From NCBI GenBank assembly GCA_041660605.1, contig JBAZWB010000001.1, positions 750,503 through 814,502 of the forward strand: DNA of 64,000 nt, read 5' to 3'. The notes beneath the pieces were generated by a model. The model worked only from the letters and a program-made list of their open reading frames with translations, did not search any database and was not told where the DNA came from. Source of the DNA: Patescibacteria group bacterium. Lineage in GTDB: Bacteria > Patescibacteriota > Patescibacteriia > UBA10025 > JAHIVO01. The position numbers and the translations under genes were made by a program. Of the stretch, positions 28,986 to 35,982 are shown piece after piece. Numbering within the stretch: the stretch's first letter is position 1; the number at the start of each line of letters is the position of its first letter.

Positions 28986-29953
28986 AATGCTTTAATTTTA
29001 TCAATAATTTTCTCGTCAATTTCTAACCACCCGCGTTTTCTATTACGCTGTTCTGTTTTATAAGCACGCTCACCAGGTATGAAAATTTCCCGCCTGCCTT
29101 TGAGTTTTTTGGCTGATTTAATATCCCCAATTAATTTTTTTACATCCCGATTAAATGCTTTTCTAGAAGAAAATATGGCAGGATTTATGACTATAAAGAG
29201 AAAACCACGTAATTTTTTCGTACTCTTGCCTACTTGAGTTCGTACTAATGGACCGGTTAATATTTCAATCGCCGCGGCTAAAATATACCCTTTATAACCC
29301 CCAAAAGGCAATAAAGCGACTAATTTATTTGGATCAGTCGTTGGTTGGCCGTGACTGTCAATTCCCCAGTCTTTATCAATTTTCTTACCAAAGGCGCGAG
29401 CCAGGCGTACATGCCAAAATGCACGTACCGAGGTTGCCATATCAACAACGAATGGAAAAGGTTTATAGGGGATTCCAATACCAATCGGATTAGTTGAAAG
29501 TATCGGCTCACACGCACCCGTTGGAGCTATTAATGGCCCACCACCATAATTAAAACACAAAGCGATCATGCCTTTTTGTGCTGCTTTTTCAGCCCAGGTA
29601 GCCGGACGTTGAAATGCGAATATGTTGCCACCACCAACTACATATACTCCAGATTGTTTAACTTTCTTAATCGCATGGTTAATGGCAAAATCAGCTACCA
29701 ACTGGCCGTAATCACAATTACCATCAAGGTAGGTGTAGGCTGGCTTGTCGACTGCTACTTTAAAATGGCCGCGCTTGATGGTTTTTCCTTTATTATAAGC
29801 ATCAGTAAACCCATAAATCCCGTGCGATTGTTTTCCTTTTAATTCACCGCGCATAAATTCATCAGCTACAATTCGTGCTTCCGGCGTTGTCAATGCGATT
29901 TTTTTCAGTTTATCTTCTAATAATTTTCTTAATATATTAATCTTTATTTTCAT
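28982..29953 (-). CDS. Ldh_2-family (malate/L-lactate/sulfolactate dehydrogenase family 2) oxidoreductase
   Basis: EARIVADEFMRGELKGKQSHGI N-terminal motif typical of Ldh_2. Inserted between hydrogenase small and large subunit genes. Confidence 0.65.
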   Translation of the reverse strand: MKIKINILRKLLEDKLKKIALTTPEARIVADEFMRGELKGKQSHGIYGFTDAYNKGKTIKRGHFKVAVDKPAYTYLDGNCDYGQLVADFAINHAIKKVKQSGVYVVGGGNIFAFQRPATWAEKAAQKGMIALCFNYGGGPLIAPTGACEPILSTNPIGIGIPYKPFPFVVDMATSVRAFWHVRLARAFGKKIDKDWGIDSHGQPTTDPNKLVALLPFGGYKGYILAAAIEILTGPLVRTQVGKSTKKLRGFLFIVINPAIFSSRKAFNRDVKKLIGDIKSAKKLKGRREIFIPGERAYKTEQRNRKRGWLEIDEKIIDKIKAL

Positions 29954-29992
29954 AAAATTACCTGTTAAGCATTACTAATTGCGAAATTTAAA

Positions 29993-30787
29993 TTACTTTT
30001 TGTTTTGCGTATCCAATTCCCATTCTTCCTGAATGCCAAAAATCTGCATAATATGCTCCAGCTGCTTCTGGCTGATTAATTTCAATAATTTTTTCTCCAA
30101 CTGCTTAGTGGAATAGCCGGGAATAACGCCCCGGCAGCCTTTGCAGAAAAATTTCGAATTCAGGCAAACGGCGTTGCATCCGCCGCGTATGACCGGGCCC
30201 AGGCACGGCTCGCCCTTCTGTAAAACACATTCATTGCCGTTTAGCTGACATTCGTAGCAAACGGGATTTTCCATAAGTTTCGGAGCAATCCTCTGCCGGA
30301 TCATGTTCAAAGCCATGATTAAATCGCGACCATCAGGCGGACAGCCGGGGATAATGAAATCAACTGGTACAAATCTGCTGATCGGTAAAATATTAGGATT
30401 GAAAACCTTGTTATACGTTTTGGGGTACTGGTATTTAACGGCTTTTTTCTTATCGATGTAATTTTTAATGTTGGGAATCACGCCAAAATGCGCACAGGCG
30501 CCGATGCCGATTAAGTACTTTGCACGTTTACGGATCTCCTTAAGCGCTTGAATATTTTTTTTAGTCAAAGGTGCTCCTTCAATTATTGCCACATCATAAA
30601 AAGCCTTCTTGTCTTTTTCGTCCATAATAATGAAAAAATCACCCAACTCAAAATGGTCAATGGAAGCGATAAATTCCAGGCCCATATCCAGGATGGAAAC
30701 CGAGCAACCGTCGCAGGAAGTTAAACCGACGATGGCTACTTTTAGCTTTCTATCATTTTTATTATTATAATGTTTTTTTCTTGACAT
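29993..30787 (-). CDS. [NiFe] hydrogenase small (delta) subunit, group 3b-like
   Basis: VAIVGLTSCDGCSVSILD proximal cluster Cys motif plus distal Cys cluster CNAVCLNSKFFCKGC. Confidence 0.8.
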   Translation of the reverse strand: MSRKKHYNNKNDRKLKVAIVGLTSCDGCSVSILDMGLEFIASIDHFELGDFFIIMDEKDKKAFYDVAIIEGAPLTKKNIQALKEIRKRAKYLIGIGACAHFGVIPNIKNYIDKKKAVKYQYPKTYNKVFNPNILPISRFVPVDFIIPGCPPDGRDLIMALNMIRQRIAPKLMENPVCYECQLNGNECVLQKGEPCLGPVIRGGCNAVCLNSKFFCKGCRGVIPGYSTKQLEKKLLKLISQKQLEHIMQIFGIQEEWELDTQNKK

Positions 30788-30903
30788 ACTATTAATTTAA
30801 CAATTCATCAAATTCCAATTTGCAAACAATTATCAATTTTCTAATAATCAATTTATAAAAATATTAATTGATCATTGGAGTTTGTTTGGGATTTGGAAAT
30901 TGG
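30788..30903. repeat. ~120-bp AT-rich repeated leader element E1 (CCAAT/ATTG-rich), immediately 5' of hydD
   Basis: About 85% identical to 33295-33423 over about 120 nt (e.g. attggaRtttgtttgg...aattggttattgKtaatta). Same orientation, same position relative to the downstream start codon. Confidence 0.7.
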
Positions 30904-31119
30904 TTATTGTGAATTAAACTGCGACAGCAGTTTCAATGTTTCCTGCGCTTCTTTTTTGGTTAATTTATAAATCGCAAATTGATTTTCGTTCATCACGTAG
31001 TCCCCTGCCTTAACTTTGGGAACCAAACGAATGTCCAGCGTATGCGTCTTTTTTCCACAGGCCACGGTGGCTTGCTGGCCTTTGATCTTTATTATTTTAT
31101 GGGGAATAGCTAGGCACAT
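30904..31119 (-). CDS. hypC: Hydrogenase assembly chaperone HypC/HupF
   Basis: MCLAIP N-terminal hallmark, about 71 aa. Confidence 0.8.
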   Translation of the reverse strand: MCLAIPHKIIKIKGQQATVACGKKTHTLDIRLVPKVKAGDYVMNENQFAIYKLTKKEAQETLKLLSQFNSQ

Positions 31120-31212
31120 ATTTTAATGCATAATGCATAATTTAAAATTAATAATTATACATTTTAAATTATCACCCTTCGGGTGATCCGCCTTTGGCGG
31201 ATAAATTATTAA

Positions 31213-32025
31213 TTAACTCTGGAACATCACTCTGCTTTTTCCAGGCACTTTTATCTTTTTTAAATCCTCCTCTTGCCATAAACGGTAAAAATCAATGTCC
31301 TTATCTGCCTGCTTGATAATCTGCCCGGCCATATCAACCCGGAAAAAAGTCGCCTTGGCATAATCAATGTCTTTTATATTACTGCCTAATACCTGCTTTA
31401 TTGTTTTTTGGATGAATGACTGCTGGTTTTGTTTTTTCTGCAATCTTACTGCTAATTGTAAAAGAGAATCACTGTCTGCAGTGGAAACGATTACTCCAAA
31501 ATGATGGAACACTGTCTGCCCTGGCCATACTGCCAAATCGCCTGGTACCAGTATATGCGAAAATTTTATAATTGAACCGCATATCTCCACCTTGATATCT
31601 GCCAGCTGTCGTTGACTGAAATTTTTTACTTTTAAAACCTGGCCAACAGTCAGGACATGCGCCAAGGCATATGAGGGCTCAAACATGAGCGCGGCCGAGT
31701 TTTCTTCCACCGCTTCCGCGTGATCAATGGCAAAACACTCAAGCAAATCCGCCGCGGTAATAACTAGCCGGCCGCGCGATTCCGCGAATTTTGCTACCTG
31801 CGATGGGAAAGCGGTAATAATGTGAGGGGAAATTTCTGTCAGGGTAACTGGCTGTCCGGTCAGAAACTTAGCTAGATTGATATCGGACTTGCATCCTGGG
31901 TGCAAAAACAAATTAACTAAAATTTTAACGGCTGAGGGTTCCAAAATAATTTTATCAAAACTTGAAAAAGACAGCCGCCGGGCAGCTTCAAGATTTTTAA
32001 TTATTTTTTGGGTATTGACTGGCAT
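31213..32025 (-). CDS. Hypothetical protein in hydrogenase operon, downstream of arsR
   Basis: 270-aa ORF. Two short hairpins follow its stop (31172-31205). No family recognised. Confidence 0.45.
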   Translation of the reverse strand: MPVNTQKIIKNLEAARRLSFSSFDKIILEPSAVKILVNLFLHPGCKSDINLAKFLTGQPVTLTEISPHIITAFPSQVAKFAESRGRLVITAADLLECFAIDHAEAVEENSAALMFEPSYALAHVLTVGQVLKVKNFSQRQLADIKVEICGSIIKFSHILVPGDLAVWPGQTVFHHFGVIVSTADSDSLLQLAVRLQKKQNQQSFIQKTIKQVLGSNIKDIDYAKATFFRVDMAGQIIKQADKDIDFYRLWQEEDLKKIKVPGKSRVMFQS

Positions 32026-32033
32026 TTTGTCAT

Positions 32034-32088
32034 TCGAACGTTCGTCCCGTTATCCACTTTGTTTCAACGGGGCAAGTGCGAACGTTCC
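32034..32088. promoter_or_regulatory. TTCGAACGTTCG / GCGAACGTTCC half-palindromes in the promoter region of the 31213..32025 gene (candidate ArsR-family operator)
   Basis: ttcgaacgttcg at 32034-32045 and gcgaacgttcc at 32078-32088, directly 3' of arsR and 5' of the next gene. Confidence 0.4.
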
Positions 32089-32092
32089 TATT

Positions 32093-32368
32093 TCATTTGC
32101 TGTTAATTATTTGCTTTAAAACTCCTGCATTTTTAAATTCCTTGGATAATCTATAAAACATGAATTTTCCTCTTTGCTCTTTTTCAACTACTCCCTCATG
32201 CTCTAACCTTTGTAAATGTTTTGATACGCTTTTAAAGGATAAATTAATTTTACTGCTGATATCAATAACTGAGGATTCTTTTTGTGATAATAATTTAATA
32301 ATCCCCATCCGTCTTTCATTGCCGATTACTTTAAAAACCCGGGCTAAAATTTTAGTTCTTAGGGCCAT
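32093..32368 (-). CDS. ArsR/SmtB-family winged-helix transcriptional regulator
   Basis: ERRMGIIKLL...SVIDISSKINLSFKSVSKHLQRLEHEGVV helix-turn-helix, 91 aa. Confidence 0.8.
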   Translation of the reverse strand: MALRTKILARVFKVIGNERRMGIIKLLSQKESSVIDISSKINLSFKSVSKHLQRLEHEGVVEKEQRGKFMFYRLSKEFKNAGVLKQIINSK

Positions 32369-32373
32369 ATTTT

Positions 32374-33294
32374 TTATTTAATAACGTTCGAACGTTCCCA
32401 TGTAAATTTTACCATTCCCCTCATTCCTCGCCAACCTATTATGAAAGCGATTCCAATTAACATTAAAATGAAACCCCACCACTGTCCAATTGTCCATTTT
32501 ATTCCACCCTGCGCAATTAAAGTCGTTAACCCGGTAATTGGCGCGCCCAAAGCCAATACAGCCGTGGCTACGGAAGCCCTGACATATTTTAACCCATGGT
32601 AGAAAGTAACCACATATCCAAATAAAAATAAAGAAGTAATAGCAATCCATTTCCATTGTTCCGGATTATAGGTAAAGACAGCATCAACTTGCCTGGTGCA
32701 GATTAAAAAAATAAAAATGAATATTGCTCCAAAAAACATTCTGCCCCAAGCCACTACACGCGGCGATATTTCTGTCAGCGCTTTCTTGGCAATAACAATT
32801 TCTACAGCCCACAAAAGCGTAGCTAATAACACTAGCCCATCTCCCCAATTAAGCCCAACGGATTTAATTCCCAGGAATAAAACATTGCCGGCAAGCAAAG
32901 CGCCAAGGCCAAGCAATAGGCTTTTGTTAATTTTTTCTTTCAGGAAAATAATGGCCAAAAAGCCAACATAGATAAACATAGTCTTATGGATGAATGAACC
33001 CTGCGCGGCCATGGTCATTGACAACCCTTTGAAAAATAATAAAAACGGGACTGAACCGCCGATAAAACCGATCAGCCATAATTGCTTCCATTGTCTGTGT
33101 GTTAGTTTTTTTATTTCCCGCCATTCTTTAAAAACTAAAATCAATGAAAGCAAAGCCGCGCCTACGAATAAATTCTTCAGGCCGGTGAAAACATACGGAT
33201 TGGCAAATTTTACGCCCAATGCATTCACATAAATAGAAACGCCAGAAATTATGGCGGTTGATAGTACTAATAATATGCCTTTTGATTGATTCAT
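32374..33294 (-). CDS. EamA/DMT-superfamily transporter (10 TM)
   Basis: Two EamA-like repeats, 306 aa, polytopic. Confidence 0.7.
   Translation of the reverse strand: MNQSKGILLVLSTAIISGVSIYVNALGVKFANPYVFTGLKNLFVGAALLSLILVFKEWREIKKLTHRQWKQLWLIGFIGGSVPFLLFFKGLSMTMAAQGSFIHKTMFIYVGFLAIIFLKEKINKSLLLGLGALLAGNVLFLGIKSVGLNWGDGLVLLATLLWAVEIVIAKKALTEISPRVVAWGRMFFGAIFIFIFLICTRQVDAVFTYNPEQWKWIAITSLFLFGYVVTFYHGLKYVRASVATAVLALGAPITGLTTLIAQGGIKWTIGQWWGFILMLIGIAFIIGWRGMRGMVKFTWERSNVIK
32383..32396. promoter_or_regulatory. Perfect 14-bp palindrome AACGTTCGAACGTT just upstream of arsR start (inside the last codons of eamA)
   Basis: Self-complementary 14-mer. Same GAACGTTCG core as the sites downstream of arsR. 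Confidence 0.45.
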
Positions 33295-33423
33295 ATTTAG
33301 TAATTCTTCAATTAATCAAATTACAATTTTACAAACAATCCTCAATTTTTAATTCTCAATTTTCAAACATTGAAGCATTGATTATTGGAATTTGTTTGGA
33401 AATTGCTAATTGGTTATTGGTAA
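33295..33423. repeat. ~125-bp AT-rich repeated leader element E2, immediately 5' of eamA and 3' of hydG
   Basis: Paralogue of E1 (30788-30903). Confidence 0.7.
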
Positions 33424-34257
33424 TTATCCATATTGTACAGTATCTCTCAGTTGCGCATACGAAAACACCGGCCCATCTTTGCAAACGTAATACGGCCCAA
33501 TGGCGCAGTGCTGGCAAGTACCCAAACCGGCGCAGTGCATCCTTCTTTCCAATGATAAATAAATATTTTCATCTTTATAACCGATTTTCGATAATTCCGG
33601 TACTACAAATCTGAACATTATCGGCGGTCCGCACAAAACTGCCGCTCCATTCTTAATAATTTCCGCTTTTTGGAAAAGCACGCCGATATTTCCTTTATAG
33701 CAGTTCATGCCTGAGTTTTTCGGTCCATCGCCGCTATCAATGGCGATCTGGATATTAAATCTTTTATTCCACTTTTTCAGCTCGTCCTTAAAAAGCACGA
33801 AGCCATAACTGCGGCAGCCGTATAAAAACTGTATCTGCCGGTTTTTTGTCTCCAACAAATCACGACTAATCATATAATTAACCAGACTCCGTAAAGGCAC
33901 GATACCCAGGCCGCCGGCGATTAATAAAATATTTTTGCCTTTCAGTTTATTCAAATCAAAGCCATTGCCGTACGGTCCGCGCAGGTCAAAGGCGTCTCCA
34001 ACTTTTAAAGCGTGCAAGCGGCTGGTAACTCTTCCCAGCTTTTGCACAGCGATGTCATAGACGTTTCTCTGCCCGGTTTTCTGGCTGGGGACAAACACGG
34101 ATTCACCATAGCCAGGAAAGGAAAAAACGAAAAATTGTCCGGGTAAATATTCCAAAGCACGGCCGCTGGCCAGTTTAAAATCAAAACATTTGATATCCGG
34201 AGCCAGTTCTTTGATCTTTAATATTTTCGCTGCTTGGTGTTCGTAGGGATTTTGCAT
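33424..34257 (-). CDS. Hydrogenase gamma subunit (FAD/NAD(P)-binding ferredoxin-reductase-like with C-terminal 2Fe-2S Cys cluster), sulfhydrogenase HydG-like
   Basis: FNR-like domains. C-terminal CAGLGTCQHCAIG ... C cluster. Confidence 0.75.
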   Translation of the reverse strand: MQNPYEHQAAKILKIKELAPDIKCFDFKLASGRALEYLPGQFFVFSFPGYGESVFVPSQKTGQRNVYDIAVQKLGRVTSRLHALKVGDAFDLRGPYGNGFDLNKLKGKNILLIAGGLGIVPLRSLVNYMISRDLLETKNRQIQFLYGCRSYGFVLFKDELKKWNKRFNIQIAIDSGDGPKNSGMNCYKGNIGVLFQKAEIIKNGAAVLCGPPIMFRFVVPELSKIGYKDENIYLSLERRMHCAGLGTCQHCAIGPYYVCKDGPVFSYAQLRDTVQYG

Positions 34258-34263
34258 ATCTAT

Positions 34264-35262
34264 TTATTCTTTTTTAAATCGTTCCCGCTTATTTTCTTCC
34301 ATCCACTTAAAAACATCCGCGCGCTTGATGCCTACCGGACAAACCTTGTCGCAACGGCCGCAATTGACACAACCCATGATCTGAAATTCCTTCGGTGTCC
34401 TCACCCATTTATGCACGTACCAATTCTGGATGCGTTTGGCATTAGTCTTCAGAAATTTTCGGCCGCCGCCGATTTCCGAAAAATCATTATAAAAACAAGT
34501 GGTCCAATTCCTGACTCTCTGTCCGCTGTCCTTCTCTTTCGTGTCCTGCTCATCTTCAATATTGAAACAATAGCAGGTCGGACAGTCTATGGCGCACTTG
34601 CCGCAGGCCAGGCAGATTTCTCCCCAATGGTCCCAGGCTTCAGCTGACGCTTCAACAATCTGCTGGCGGTGTTTAGCCAGCATCGGGTCAATGCCTTCCT
34701 CTTTTATTAATCCGGCGAATTCTATATGCTCAAAATCTTTATAGCCGAATTTTTCCAGCGTCCTCTGCCCTTTTTCCGATCCGGTAAAGACTTTCCACTC
34801 GTCCTTCGCTGATTTCGTCAGCATGATGTCGAAGATTATATGCTCCAGAATGTCTTCCTCATATAAATCCCGCACATGCCCGCGAAAGCCAGAACCTTCA
34901 AAAAATGCCTGGCCAATAAGGAGATTTGACTGCCGTTTTTTCTGGTAATACGGATCCCTCTCAAATGTCTGGTGAAACAGCCCGACTGCTTTCAAATCCA
35001 TAATGGACATAAGGAAGCCGCACTGCGGCTTGTATTTCATGTCGGCTGGCTGCATTTTCCCTTTCTTGAAGTTAAATAAAATCTCCCGTTTTGGCAGCAG
35101 GACGGGTTTAAAAGTGTTAATGGGTATTTGATTGGAAAAATCTATTTCCTCAAGGTCATTTATTGGCTGTACATACAGTTCTTTTCCGTCCCTGACCGGC
35201 GCGTAAATCTTAAAAGTCTTTTTTAAGTGTAAAAAGAATTTATTTAATGTGTTTTTGTTCAT
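34264..35262 (-). CDS. Hydrogenase beta subunit (4Fe-4S ferredoxin-domain, HydB-like)
   Basis: CLACGKCAIDCPTCYC and CVNCGRCDKVCP ferredoxin-type Cys motifs. Confidence 0.75.
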   Translation of the reverse strand: MNKNTLNKFFLHLKKTFKIYAPVRDGKELYVQPINDLEEIDFSNQIPINTFKPVLLPKREILFNFKKGKMQPADMKYKPQCGFLMSIMDLKAVGLFHQTFERDPYYQKKRQSNLLIGQAFFEGSGFRGHVRDLYEEDILEHIIFDIMLTKSAKDEWKVFTGSEKGQRTLEKFGYKDFEHIEFAGLIKEEGIDPMLAKHRQQIVEASAEAWDHWGEICLACGKCAIDCPTCYCFNIEDEQDTKEKDSGQRVRNWTTCFYNDFSEIGGGRKFLKTNAKRIQNWYVHKWVRTPKEFQIMGCVNCGRCDKVCPVGIKRADVFKWMEENKRERFKKE

Positions 35263-35349
35263 AAATATGAAATTATTATAACATAAAAATGACGTTTTTC
35301 CAAACGCGTTTCACTGTGTAAAATAAATAAATTTATGTTTTAATTCCAA

Positions 35350-35973
35350 TCAATTCTTGCTTGATACAATTAATTGCTCCATACAAAAAGTACCTGCTTT
35401 TTTTCCAAAAAAACTTGCTTTCTTAGTTTGATACACTTTAAAATTTTTCCCTTCATATAATTTTCTAGCCTGAGGATTATTAATTGAAACATCAAGAATA
35501 ACTCTCTGGCAACCTAAATTTTTTGCACTTTCCAACGCAGACTTCAAAAATGCTGATCCGATGCCTTTTTTACGATAATCTTTATCAACACACAAATTAC
35601 TTATATAATAATCGCTTGGGTCACTTGAGCGTGTAAGAATACGTTCGATAAAAAATTTATCATAAAACCAGAGTTTAAAGCTTTCAAAAAATTTAATTAC
35701 TTTGATAAAGTCTTCGTCTTCCAATAATTTTTTAACTTCTCCCCCTCTATGTGTAATCATAATACCTGTAACTTTATTATTTTCTAGGCTTACTTTTACA
35801 AATCGATAACTAAAAGTATTATGTTTAAGTTTAATACAAGATTCTATTAATGGAATTGCTTTATTTTTATTAAAACCAAATATTAAGCCAAATAATTCTA
35901 CCTCCGTATTGTATATTAATTCAGCTACTTTTTTATAATCATGTACTTTTAAATTTAGTGGAACGATTTCCAT
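35350..35973 (-). CDS. GNAT-family N-acetyltransferase
   Basis: C-terminal acetyl-CoA binding block RKKGIGSAFLKSALESAKNLGCQRVILDV. Confidence 0.75.
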   Translation of the reverse strand: MEIVPLNLKVHDYKKVAELIYNTEVELFGLIFGFNKNKAIPLIESCIKLKHNTFSYRFVKVSLENNKVTGIMITHRGGEVKKLLEDEDFIKVIKFFESFKLWFYDKFFIERILTRSSDPSDYYISNLCVDKDYRKKGIGSAFLKSALESAKNLGCQRVILDVSINNPQARKLYEGKNFKVYQTKKASFFGKKAGTFCMEQLIVSSKN

Positions 35974-35982
35974 ATTTTATTT

